A DNA stretch of 62,918 bases, filler included, from Octopus bimaculoides (taxonomy: Eukaryota): the NCBI RefSeq assembly GCF_001194135.2. It is 6 parts of 5 records of this genome, joined end to end, with 100 filler letters (N's around TTAATTAATTAA, not from the genome) between each part and the next. Parts side by side here need not be neighbours in the genome. Positions count along the whole stretch, not along the records: positions 48,126 to 54,639 come from NC_068985.1; positions 54,740 to 57,142 come from NC_068984.1; positions 57,243 to 62,918 come from NC_068983.1; 3 more parts are not named here. The stretch is one strand, 5' to 3'. Each line of letters opens with the position of its first letter. Within the stretch, counting starts at the first letter, position 1. The translations under genes were made by a program, and so were the position numbers. Positions 48,126 to 59,599 of the stretch are shown piece after piece. A model generated the notes under the pieces. The model worked only from the letters and a program-made list of their open reading frames with translations, did not search any database and was not told the DNA's origin.

Positions 48126-48871
48126 TACTAACCAGCACCATCGTCATGACCAACACGATTACTACTGACCAGCATCAACACGACTTACTATGTACACCAA
48201 ACCAAACCTCCGCTGCACATCTCTCTCTTCGATTCTGTTAGGTGACTCAGCTTCACCACGGTAAATAAACAGACAAGAGTTCTTAAACAGACAAGAAATT
48301 CTCAGCCAGCGACGAATATCTGTATAACAAGAATCACGGCCCAGCATCGGTGCCACGACATCACAACTAGTGATCAGCACTGCCACACTCAGCCTCTCCT
48401 CACTTTCACATACAGAACTTTTCCTATAGTGTACTAACGAACTGGTATAATTGCTCACGTGTCATTTACTGACTCTTTCTCTCTGCTGTAAACACTCACA
48501 CACATGTATCACTCACATACACACTTTTCTTTGTATGACGGCCTGTCTTTGATTATGTTATTATATGTCGCATTCACACTCTCACACAGACATACACGTT
48601 AATGCCACAATAAATATCTCTGTTATTCATCTAATACGGTTGTGGTCTTTCATTACTGGTCATCTATGTTATCGTCGCATAACATATCATGTATATCATC
48701 ATTTGATATATATATTTGTATGTTAGACCGTGTGACACGTTTAAATAAAAGGAGTCCTCTGTTTTTCCATTCGTCACCATTTCTCCTTTTATGAGTTCGC
48801 ACGGTCGTCCCTTACAATTGGTGACCCCGACGTCGGTTGTCCCTTACAATTGGTGACCCCCGACGTTGATT
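48126..48871 (+). mobile_element. Ty3/Gypsy 5' LTR with tRNA-Trp primer binding site (CsRN1-like), LTR end/PBS duplicated
   Basis: LTR ends ...CCCTTACA, followed by AT and TGGTGACCCCGACGT (48819-48833), complementary to the 3' end of eukaryotic tRNA-Trp + CCA. AATAAA at about 48744. Flanked by gaps. Confidence 0.8.
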
Positions 48872-49409
48872 CGTTCNNNNNNNNNNNNNNNNNNNNNNNN
48901 NNNNNNNNNNNNNNNNNNNNNNNNNNNNNNNNNNNNNNNNNNNNNNNNNNNNNNNNNNNNNNNNNNNNNNNNNNNNNNNNNNNNNNNNNNNNNNNNNNNN
49001 NNNNNNNNNNNNNNNNNNNNNNNNNNNNNNNNNNNNNNNNNNNNNNNNNNNNNNNNNNNNNNNNNNNNNNNNNNNNNNNNNNNNNNNNNNNNNNNNNNNN
49101 NNNNNNNNNNNNNNNNNNNNNNNNNNNNNNNNNNNNNNNNNNNNNNNNNNNNNNNNNNNNNNNNNNNNNNNNNNNNNNNNNNNNNNNNNNNNNNNNNNNN
49201 NNNNNNNNNNNNNNNNNNNNNNNNNNNNNNNNNNNNNNNNNNNNNNNNNNNNNNNNNNNNNNNNNNNNNNNNNNNNNNNNNNNNNNNNNNNNNNNNNNNN
49301 NNNNNNNNNNNNNNNNNNNNNNNNNNNNNNNNNNNNNNNNNNNNNNNNNNNNNNNNNNNNNNNNNNNNNNNNNNNNNNNNNNNNNNNATATATATATGTA
49401 TATATATGT

Positions 49410-49565
49410 ACGATGGGCTTCCTTCAAGTTTCATCTATCAAATCAGTTCACAAGGCTTTGGTCGGCCCGAGGCTATAGTAGAGGACACTTGCCCAAGCTG
49501 TCACGCAGTGGCACTGAATCCGGGACCATGTGGTTGGGAAGCAAGCTTCTTACCGCACAGCCATT
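49410..49565 (-). mobile_element. SINE family A 5' part
   Basis: Reverse complement of the head and core: CACAAGGCTTTGGTCGGCCCGAGGCTATAGTAGAGGACACTTGCCCAAG. Confidence 0.85.
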
Positions 49566-51239
49566 ATATATAATTATGATGATTTAGCTAAATTTAATGA
49601 CTCGCATTACCGCCACACCCCATTACGGTTCCGCATCACGCTTTAGAGGTCTGCCGGGCAATATGTCCATCCAGAATTTGGTCGTCGATTGTATCCACAG
49701 GAGTTTATCACCAATGAATTCTCGCTTAGGTCTCCATCAATGTCCCATAAGCATGGGCTTTTTCCAACGATTTTTAAAGATTGTAATACAATCGTTCTGT
49801 CTTTGGTGGCTGCTTGCAACCAGATATTTAGAAAAGTCTATTATATGCGTGCGTAAGCGTTATTAAGCCCTGCTTGGAGGTACTTTGTTAGCATCCAGGC
49901 AGTGGATCTGTACAATAACACTGATTTTCTGAGTTGAATTTCTAAAAGCATTTCTTAAGATAATCTGGTAACAATGGTTTCAAGATGAAACTGAATCTAT
50001 CAAGAACAACCCGTGTAAACCTTAATATCTATTTAACAAGATCAGATTGAGAGTTTAACTTTCGATATTCGTTTCATATGTTGTATATTTAGCTTAAGTT
50101 AAACCTAATTGAGTAGACCTGTAGTCAAATACATTCCAGTCGTGACTAACCTGTTTTACACACAGTGTTTCGAGGACTATATTATGTACTTCCTGTTTTA
50201 AGGCCGTGATGGTGTTGTTGTTAGAGGGATATTTAACTGTTGTTTCTTGCTGGTTCAGCAATCAATTACTGTCACTATTTTTGATCTGCATGGTTTCATA
50301 TTGTTCGAGTTGGTCGATTTTGTTTTACTTTAATCTCTTGGTTAATCGTTAACTTCGGCCATAATTTCGTGTCTCTTTATAGCTGTGGTAATCTATAATG
50401 TTACACATTCTGTTTGTACTTGCTGACGTAAACGAACCAGAAAATGTCAGTCTAAGTGGATCGCATACGTCCCACCGCGCGTGTGAGTGACTATCATTGT
50501 ATACACACACAAATACAGGCATATATATACATTCACAATTATGTGGGTGTGTGTATGAGGGAAAGGGGAACAAGAGAAAGAAAAAAGCAAAGAGGAGGAT
50601 AAAAATAGAGAGAGAAGATTCAGGACAATCAAGAAAACGGGAAAAAAGTTTAGGATGGGAAAAGGATAGATTGACAGAGGGAGAAAAAGAGGGAGATCGA
50701 TGATTCTTTTCAATTTGATGTGAACAACGCATTGAGATTTTAGTATAACACATTCTTCTTTTTTCCTTTTCTTCTATTTTTCTCTTCCTCCTCTTCCTTC
50801 CCTTCCCATTGTATAAATATCAACATATTTGTAACTAAACACATTTTCTCACAAAGGCTAGGTGAGCTTTCAAGATGTCAGTTTTAGGAAGTAGGGTGAA
50901 GAAGATAAGAAAAGAGGGCAAGGTGAGGTCATCACTGAAAAATAAAAATGTCTTCAAAGTCAGATGAAAATGTATATTCTTTTACACTTGTATAGTCAAA
51001 CCCCATATTCTATGTAATTCCATGTTTTTCACGAACGAGCATTAAATATTAGCTCAACATTCATAAATTAGGAAAATAAAACCAGAATATAAAACAATAA
51101 TTTCAGTTCGGTATTGTTTATAATTCAATCTATTCTCTATGTAAATTTAATAAAAGATTATAAATGAGTTTTGTAATAATATTTTTAATGTATATTTAGC
51201 TGGACGCCACTCCGTAGAATATAAATGATATAAGTATGG

Positions 51240-51465
51240 AGAGTTTGCTTGTTGTCGGCACTCCGTCGCTTACGACGTCGAGGATTCCAGTTGATCCGAT
51301 CAACGGAACAGCCTACTGGTGAAATTAACCTGCGAGTGGCCGAGCACTCCACAGACACGTGTACCCTTAAGGTAGTTCTCGGAGAGATTCAGCGTGACAC
51401 AGAGTGTGACAAGGCTGACCCTTTGAATTACAGGCACAACAGAAACAGGAAGTAAGAGTAAGATA
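51240..51465 (+). mobile_element. Interspersed SINE-like repeat (family C)
   Basis: CCAGTTGATCCGATCAACGGAACAGCC...GAGCACTCCACAGACACGTGTACCCTTAA...GTGTGACAAGGCTG is recognised as a common cephalopod repeat (recall only). Confidence 0.55.
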
Positions 51466-51714
51466 TACAAGCAAATACACACGCAAATAGAGAGAAACAA
51501 AGACTGAAAATATGCAGATAAATATTTCATGAATATTCATGCATAAATATATAGATATTTATATATTAACAGAGTACAAAACGCAGAAAATTAAGGGATG
51601 AAGGTATGGTGTTACTGCTCCGACAGCTGTTTCTGGGGACACGGAATTACTTCATTATGTCGGCAGCCGTAGTTCGTAAAAAAGTCAAGTATATGCAACC
51701 AGTAGTGGAAGCAA

Positions 51715-52616
51715 ACGTGGTCTGATCGTTAAGTATCCGGTCTATTGCCATAGTAACGAAGCTAAAGTACACTAAGTGAAGCCGCTTCGCACAGTTTGAC
51801 CTTGAACTATATTGTGAATGCGCCTTAGTTTTTAATGTTCTAGCTCACTTCCGGTGTTTACAGCAGTGCTTGGAAGGAAGGTGTGTAGCGTGTGATTGTC
51901 GCATTGACCATGAGAGAGGAATTTGAGTAGAGAATCTGCATGAAATTTTGCCAGAGGCTTGGTGATACCTGCTCAGAGGCCCACGCAAAGTTTTCAAAAA
52001 AAAAAAAAATGTTTACATCATTTTTCGACACAATCAAGGAGATCTTGTGCAACTGAAACCCGTGTGTCTTCTTGGTCAGCTGAAAGCAGTTTTGGCACAA
52101 ACTTGGCAGACACGCGTCTCATACCCAAATCTTCAGTGATAATGGACTGAACTGAGCCATAACTAATCTGCACATCCTCTGATAACTCACGGATGTTGAT
52201 TCGATGATTTCCCCTCACAACTGCGCGCACATCTGCGATGTTTTTCCTCTCAGTTCTGTTGGTTGTAGCTCTCCCAGAACGTTCGTCGATGTCGACATTT
52301 TTTCGGCCATCTTGGAAACATTTGATCCACTTGCACGTTTGTGTACGGCTCATACATACCTCTGCATACACTTTCTGTAACTTTGTGTAGGCCTCTGAGC
52401 AGGTATCGCCACGACAACGTTCTCTGCCATGGTCAATGCGAATGATCACACATTACACACGTTACTTCGAAGAACTGCTGTAAACAGCGCACGTGAACCA
52501 AAACGTTAAAACTTAGTGCGCATGTGCAGCAGAGTTGATGGTCAAACTGTACACTCTGCGTGCTTTAGCTCCGTTACTATGGCAACAGTATGGCAGCTTA
52601 GTGATCAGGCCGCGTA
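51715..52616. mobile_element. Two-headed mariner derivative: two 5' halves in inverted orientation
   Basis: The plus arm (51715-52000) encodes MREEFE*RICMKFCQRLGDTCSEAHAK. The minus arm (52616-52010) encodes GDTCSEAYTKLQKVY...ERSGR...RRVSAKFVPKLLS...DCVE. The ends ACGTGGTCTGATCGTTAAG / CTTAGTGATCAGGCCGCGTA are inverted homologues. Confidence 0.8.
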
Positions 52617-52810
52617 TAAACGTTAAGTAGACCTGGCCCACGTCTTCAGGTTGAGATAGCAGTCCTTTAGTGCGGATGAGCGTATTTGCTAGGGTAGGTG
52701 TGCGTGTGGGCGTTGCTGCGAATCTGCCATGTGTTAGAGTGCGCAAGCGCAAATATGTTGGTGTATGTGACAGATGTGTACATCAACTGTGTATGTATCA
52801 GTTGCATGAC

Positions 52811-52842
<32 letters not shown>

Positions 52843-53031
52843 ACTGTGTGTGCGCGTGCAAATACGTATGCATTAGTTTATTTACATTGAGTTACCATAA
52901 AACATTTTTATGAATTTTTTTTTGTAAGTCTGTTGTGGTACACATTGTTAAAAAAATAAGGTACTTGCATTGCAGTTGTTAGTCTCTTAAATACTTATGG
53001 TAGAACACTAAAAGAAGAAGCGCATATGTAT

Positions 53032-53080
<49 letters not shown>

Positions 53081-53269
53081 TGCACGTATCCTTACAGCTA
53101 ATACACTTACCTAGGAATGAAGGTGGAAAAGGACTTGTCGGAAGAGAAGATAGTGGAAGAGAAGATAGTAGCAACTGAGCCTGAATCCAGATATATTGTA
53201 GAAATGTTTGGGAAATTTTGAAACTGATGGAACTAAGCACAATTTATATGGCAGAAAAAAACAAAGCTA

Positions 53270-53850
53270 CCTACTGCGGTCGATGGAATCAACTTAATCC
53301 CTTTGTCTGTCCTTGTTTGTCCCCTCTTTGTTTAGCCCCTTGTGGGCAGTAAAGAAATAAGAAACGTTAGCACGCCGGGTGAAATGCTTAGCGGTATTTC
53401 GTCTCCCTTTACGTTCTAAGTTCAAATTCTGCTGAGGTCGACTTTGCCTTTCATCCTTTCAGAGTCGATAAATTAAGTACCAGTTGCGTACTGAGGTTGA
53501 TCTAATCAACTGGCCCCTCCCCAAAAAATTTCTGACCTTGTGCCTAGGGAAAAACGAATATACATTGGTTTCAAGGTGCCGAGCTGGCAGAAACGTTAGC
53601 CGGACGAAATGCTTAGTGGTATTTCGTTTCCTTTTACGTTCTGAGTTGAAATTCCACCGAGGTCGACGTTGCTTTTCATCTTTTCGTGGTCGAGAGATTA
53701 AGTACCAGTTGCATACTGGGGTCGATTTAATCGACTGCCCCCCCCCCCGAATTTCGACTCTAGTATGCAAATCGTACGTAATCACTCGACCAAGAAAAGA
53801 TAAAAGGCAAAGTCGACCTCGACGGAATTTCAACTCAGAACGTAGAAAAA
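53270..53850. mobile_element. Cluster of about four SINE family B pieces (two plus-strand near-full copies, two minus-strand fragments)
   Basis: Core GAGGTCGAC...TTTCATC.TTTC at about 53434 and 53659. The reverse core AAAGGCAAAGTCGACCTCG is at about 53802. Confidence 0.85.
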
Positions 53851-53867
53851 TATGGAAAACCTAGGTG

Positions 53868-54140
53868 TTACTGGCTGAAGAAAGGAGCAATGAGAAAGAG
53901 ACCAAGCATTGACCACCAGCTTCGGGGCTAATCATAGGAAAGAGCAAGTGCCCCCATTGTACCGAATTTGTAATAGAGTTGACAAAACCATTACCCACAT
54001 CGTGCATGAATGCTCTAGATTTACCAATATAAACAGACCGGGTGCTTGAGCACAACAAGCCGGACCTAGTGGTGGTGGACAAGGTGAACCACACGTGTAA
54101 TATAATTAATGTTGCGTGACTCACGATCAGTCAAGAAAGA
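53868..54140 (+). mobile_element. R4/Dong zinc knuckle plus RLE endonuclease fragment
   Basis: WLKKG...RICNRVDKTITHIVHECS...TDRVLEHNKPDLVVVDKVNHTCNIINVA (PD...D motif region). Confidence 0.75.
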
Positions 54141-54289
54141 CGGTGAAAATACTCCCAAATGCACACCAACATAAAACGCAAATAAAAATTGGCAACTGTG
54201 TTACACAAGAGATCATACAACAACTAAAACCCGATCTTAATAAATTAAATGAAATTATTTAGTCTGTCGTTAAAGTAATCGAAAGACGC

Positions 54290-54639
54290 TGTTTAACACC
54301 CAAAAAGCCAACAATACCAAATTCGAAAAGAAAATCAAACTGGAGGAGTAGAATTGAAACTGAGATTGAATCGTTGCGAAGGGAGATATCAATATTAACT
54401 GAGATAATCTCTGGAAATGATATAAGATCAAGAAAAAGCAGGAAGATCGTGAGGAAATATGGACTCTCAACAAGAGAAGAACTAATGTCAGCGAATGAAA
54501 CACTGAAACAGAAAGTTCAAGCGAAGGCTCAGAGAATACGCAGATTTGAGAAAAGAATCAGATTCTACAGGCAAAATAAGATGTTCAAATCCAATGCCAA
54601 GTCATTTTACAGGGAAATAGGGAAAGAAAAAATAACCAT
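54290..54639 (+). mobile_element. R4/Dong ORF fragment upstream of RT
   Basis: ETLKQKVQAKAQRIRRFEKRIRFYRQNKMFKSNAKSFYREIGK; open for about 90 codons until a gap. Confidence 0.82.
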
Positions 54640-54759
54640 NNNNNNNNNNNNNNNNNNNNNNNNNNNNNNNNNNNNNNNNNNNNTTAATTAATTAANNNNN
54701 NNNNNNNNNNNNNNNNNNNNNNNNNNNNNNNNNNNNNNNATTTGATTTCTTGTCTTTTC

Positions 54760-55197
54760 TTTTATCTTCTATTCATTTCAGACATTGGACTGCAGCCATG
54801 CTGGAGCACCACTTTGAAGGGTTTAATCGAAATATTCGGCCCCAGTACTTTATTATTTAAAGTTTGGTTCTTATTCGTTTTTTCTTTTCTTTTTTTTTTT
54901 TGTCAAACCACTAGGTTACGGGAACGTAAACAAACCAACACCAATTATCAAGCAATGTGGTGGTGGAGAAACACACACGCATACTCTCACTCACAAACAC
55001 ACACATACTCACACACATTCACACACACACAACAGGCTTTCACGCAGTTTCTCTACGAAATCCACTCTCACGGTATTGGTCAGCCCTGGGCTATTGTAGA
55101 TGACACTTACCCCAGGTGCCGCACAATAGGACTGAACCCAAAACCATATGATTGCAAAGCGAGCTTCTTAAACACACAGCCATGCTTGCACTGTTAG
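54760..55197 (-). mobile_element. SINE family A, near full length
   Basis: Head, core, (CA)n and tail CTGCAGCCATGCTGGAGCACC are all present on the reverse strand. Confidence 0.88.
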
Positions 55198-55199
55198 CA

Positions 55200-55640
55200 T
55201 ACCAGTATCATATTGATCCTAGCAGTAAAGATTTTGTAACAGAAAGGCAACATTTACCGCCAGTGCAAAAAACGACTTTTGTTGGAGGATATGAAGTTTC
55301 TCTCGGAGGCAGAGCTAGAGGTTATGGACGCCGGGTGAATATGGTCGTGCTCTGTCAACGATAGTCCACCTGATGCTGGGTGTTTCACCTCGGAGGTCAC
55401 GGAATCTCCAGAGAAAACGAGACAGGGAAGTAGAGTTTTTTCTGTCCCTGGATCTGAAAGAGAGCATATACTGGGAGTATCTTCCCCAGAAGTCATTAGC
55501 TGTCATACTCGTATAGTGCCTAGCAATGCCATCGGATGATGTAAAGCTGGCTCTGTATACTACGGCTCTTGAGACGCAGGATCCTTCTAGAGGGCACATG
55601 GTAGGGTTTCGGAAGTTGCAGGTTGGGGTGGGGGTGGGGG
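55200..55640 (-). mobile_element. Penelope-like GIY-YIG endonuclease fragment
   Basis: CNFRNPTMCPLEGSCVSRAVVYRASF...HYTSMTANDFWGRYSQYMLSFR...STSLSRFLW...IRWTIVDRARPYSPG...LCLREKLHIL. Confidence 0.85.
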
Positions 55641-56714
55641 TGCACCACGCTTGAAACTCGAAGTACCAACGAATTTGAATCAAACTGTTTTGATCCACAC
55701 ATGTAACTCACAAACTCCCAATAAATTCGTTGAGTGTCCTTCTTTCGTTTGTCCACTCACTCGTATATATATATATTTATATATATNNNNNNNNNNNNNN
55801 NNNNNNNNNNNNNNNNNNNNNNNNNNNNNNNNNNNNNNNNNNNNNNNNNNNNNNNNNNNNNNNNNNNNNNNNNNNNNNNNNNNNNNNNNNNNNNNNNNNN
55901 NNNNNNNNNNNNNNNNNNNNNNNNNNNNNNNNNNNNNNNNNNNNNNNNNNNNNNNNNNNNNNNNNNNNNNNNNNNNNNNNNNNNNNNNNNNNNNNNNNNN
56001 NNNNNNNNNNNNNNNNNNNNNNNNNNNNNNNNNNNNNNNNNNNNNNNNNNNNNNNNNNNNNNNNNNNNNNNNNNNNNNNNNNNNNNNNNNNNNNNNNNNN
56101 NNNNNNNNNNNNNNNNNNNNNNNNNNNNNNNNNNNNNNNNNNNNNNNNNNNNNNNNNNNNNNNNNNNNNNNNNNNNNNNNNNNNNNNNNNNNNNNNNNNN
56201 NNNNNNNNNNNNNNNNNNNNNNNNNNNATATATATATATATAAGGAAGTACGATGAAGATTATGACTGTGTCAACAGGCATATTTTTTTTTTATTATTAT
56301 TCCGTTAAGAAGATTAAGTTGATCGCAACAGATCAAAACAAGAAGAAAACCGAAATTATAACAATGTAAAAACAATACAGATTATAATGTGTAACAAGGA
56401 CGAATGCGTGCAGCAACGACAATGTTACTAAGCCATAAAAGTGCATGAATATATATGTTATGTGTATAGGCTTTGGCATCCAGGTGGGGGACAGGAAACT
56501 CAAGGCCTACCCCGGGTGGCACAGACTCTTGCTACGCCACTATGATGAAAGCACCAATGTAATATACAACCGGCTTATTTTATTTACTCCTGTTAAGCAG
56601 AGTAAGTCGATCAAGGGTTGAAACAGAAAATGGAATTCTAAAACATAGTACAATATAAAAACAACAGTACGAAATACATACATACATACATACATACATG
56701 CATATATATAATTA

Positions 56715-57131
56715 AGATTCCATTGAATTAGGTACTTAAATTGAGGCGCCTTGTTAGGTCGGTACAATCCGCACACCTAGACAATATTAATTGAATATTG
56801 AATATTAAGACTCCGTGCAGGGGTGTGTGTACCTGATATTCCTGCCGTGTGTGTAGACAACACAGCCCAGCTAAGTGAAGATATCCGCTCTAGGTAATTC
56901 AGACCTGCACTATTTATAAAGGTACATTCTATAGTATTTCCGAAGTGTAGATCCCTGGTTAGGTGAATAAAATATAAATGCGTAACAAAGATGTAAAGGT
57001 ATCATTTCATTGTGGCTGTTTCAAGCGACTCCTTTAATTGATTAATCAATTTAATTCATTAATCAATTAAATGAGTTGCTTGAAACGGCCGTAATGAATT
57101 GACACTTGTACATCTTTGTTACTCGTTTATA
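56715..57131 (+). mobile_element. Unclassified interspersed element ending in a about 160-bp hairpin; internally deleted copy at 35400-35550 (minus)
   Basis: Shared blocks TTGAATTAGGTACTTAAATTGA, TAGGTGAATAAAA and GTAACAA.GATGT...ACATCTTTGTTAC. Confidence 0.6.
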
Positions 57132-57524
57132 TATATATATATNNNNNNNNNNNNNNNNNNNNNNNNNNNNNNNNNNNNNNNNNNNNTTAATTAATTAANN
57201 NNNNNNNNNNNNNNNNNNNNNNNNNNNNNNNNNNNNNNNNNNACAAACGCTCATTGGAATGTAATCATACACAAACATACAAACATACTTGCATGATTAA
57301 AATCTCAAACAGATGCAAATATACTGTTACATATTTAATAGAAATATATTGAATATATTTTAAATGTACTTTAAGAAACATAAAATTAAAATCTTTATTT
57401 AATTCACTATATTAACTTTGCCTTGTATTTTTCAAACCCACACAAATACATAACTTAATACTCTATCACACATATACGAGCAAACAATAAATTCGACTGC
57501 TCTCACAAAATAATAAAAAAAAAA

Positions 57525-57728
57525 GAAAAATAATCCAGAATCCTTGTCCGGCACCAGATCCATCCCAAAATCTAATCAGTTCGTGCCAGTCACGAGGCCA
57601 AACATCCCTTGAAGTTTCATCCGAATCCATCCATCAGCACTTGAAATATCTCGTCCATGGACAAACAAGCAAACGAACACGACTGTAACAATATCTCCGC
57701 CCTAGCGAAGGCGGAGGTAATAAATATC
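57525..57728 (-). mobile_element. DINE-1/HINE-like element 5' part
   Basis: Reverse strand ATTTACCTCCGCCTTCGCTAGGGCGGAG hairpin, GTTTG-like repeats, and a body homologous to 45084-45300. Confidence 0.65.
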
Positions 57729-57794
57729 ATACGTACAAATACAACATAACACTCAGTCACCAACATTTCAGCGCCCTTGATTCGTTTCAAATTT

Positions 57795-57975
57795 TGCCGC
57801 AAGGATAGAATATTTGAGGAGAGGGAGAACGACGATTACATGAACTCAGTACTTATTTTGTCGACCAGAAAGGATGAAAGGCAAAGTCGACCTCGACGTC
57901 ATTTGAATTTAAAATATTAGTCGGAAGATATGCTGCCCAGCATTTCATCCGACGCGCTAGCGATTCTGTCAGTTC
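57795..57975 (-). mobile_element. SINE family B
   Basis: AAAGGATGAAAGGCAAAGTCGACCTCG core. Confidence 0.8.
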
Positions 57976-58169
57976 ACCTGAACTTTCCTTCTTATAATTA
58001 TTCTACAGGAAATCCATCCCCTCTTCAAATTGACCATCTCCCCTTTTAAGTGATTTCTTTACCCAGTTAACCTCCAAAGGCTAACCTTCAACAATACTTC
58101 TCAGAGTTTTATCCTTTACTCGAATATAATATTGTTTTTCCATATAAAATTCTCATCACATTTTATAGG

Positions 58170-58329
58170 CGCAGACATGGCTGTGTGGTAAGAAGTTTGC
58201 TCCCCAACTATATGGTTTTGGATTCAGTCCCACTTCATGGAACCATAGGCAAAAGGATTATTTCTTTAACCTCTGAACGGCCAAAGCCTTGTGAGTGGAT
58301 TTGGTAGACAGACACTGAAAAGCACCCAT

Positions 58330-58397
<68 letters not shown>

Positions 58398-58605
58398 AAT
58401 GTATCTATGTTTTCCAACCTACCAGTGTTTAACAATCGGCGCTGATGTGGTTATATCCCTGTAACTTAGTGGTTCAGCATAAAAGACCGATAAAATAATC
58501 TTCTGTCAAAATAAAATTAGTACTAAGGTCGATTCGTTCGACTAAAATTCGTCAAAGCCGTGCCACAGCATGGGCGCAGTCTAATAACTGAAACAAAACG
58601 ATAAA
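58170..58605 (+). mobile_element. SINE family A, full length
   Basis: GGCGCAGACATGGCTGTGTGGTAAG head, GATTCAGTCCC B-box-like motif, core, (CA)n, tail ...CAGCATGGGCGCAGTCTAATAACTGAAAC. Confidence 0.88.
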
Positions 58606-58969
58606 AAAAAATGAGCGTTAGAAACTATAATTCTCAGTTCTTAATTCACACATGATTATTATTTATTATGGCCGAGTTCCAACGAAAGGCAAATAATAAT
58701 TTATAAAAATTGCTTGATGTTTCTGTTAAAACTGCTTTGAGAACTTTATCAATCGACAAAAGACAGAAAATATTTACATTTTTATAAAAATAGGATAAAT
58801 GTTTCAATCCTTTCGTAGGAATGTCTAGTTATGCTGTAAGATGAAGGGAAGATAACTGAAGTGAATTAAAGTTATTTAATCTTCGTCATATCAGTTCCAA
58901 AAATTCACATATTTTTCGGACAAAATTACGGTGGTGCTGATAGTTGCCTTTCTCTGACAGCAGCAGCAA

Positions 58970-59001
<32 letters not shown>

Positions 59002-59074
59002 ACATTTTAAACTTTAAACTGTGACATTTGTCATTTGATACTTATTTTGTTTGTTGACACTAAGAAGTGGCTGT

Positions 59075-59380
59075 AGTAGAGGACGTTGTAGCAGTTGTGT
59101 CAGTCTCACTATCACAAGAAGTAACATCTGGCCATGCCTAGTCGCAGCAGCAGGGATAGCAGTGGACTTAGTAAGACTGGCTATATCATTCTCACTTGTA
59201 GAAGCAGCAGAAACATCTTAGGCAGTTGTACTAGTAGTGTCGGTATACCAGTAGAAGCAGTAATGGGTTGCAGAAGTAGTAGAATTTGCTGTGGTAGTAG
59301 CTGCAACTTCAGGAGTATCAGTACTAGTTTTAATAGTTTCTGTCCTCTCTCTACTACAGTGGTGTAGAAATGCTCAGTGT
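59075..59380 (-). other. Decayed Thr/Ser/Ala-rich (mucin-like) coding-like segment
   Basis: Reverse frames give TETIKTSTDTPEVAATTTANSTTSAT...DTTSTTA*DVSAASTSENDIASLTKSTAIPAAAT...ETDTTATTSSTTATS, with stops and frameshifts. Confidence 0.35.
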
Positions 59381-59599
59381 TTGGTCATGAAAGTCAATTA
59401 TTTGTTGTTCCGCTGCTGTTGTGGTGTGCAATCATCAAAGTCGTATAAGGGAAAGATAAAAAATATATTTCTAAATCATTTGCATTTTTTAATTTTCAGT
59501 ATCAATATACTCGTGTAGGCATCTTATCATTTTCAATACATATACATATATACATTTATATGCAATAAAAGCTTATATATATATATATATATATATATA

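Noticed and set aside
9782-57242. Five identical TTAATTAATTAA palindromes (9826, 20381, 48070, 54684, 57187) looking like a spaced motif system
   Set aside because: Each is centred in exactly 44 N + 12 + 44 N = 100 bp. This is an artificial contig-joining spacer with stops in all frames. Adjacency across these joins is also uncertain.
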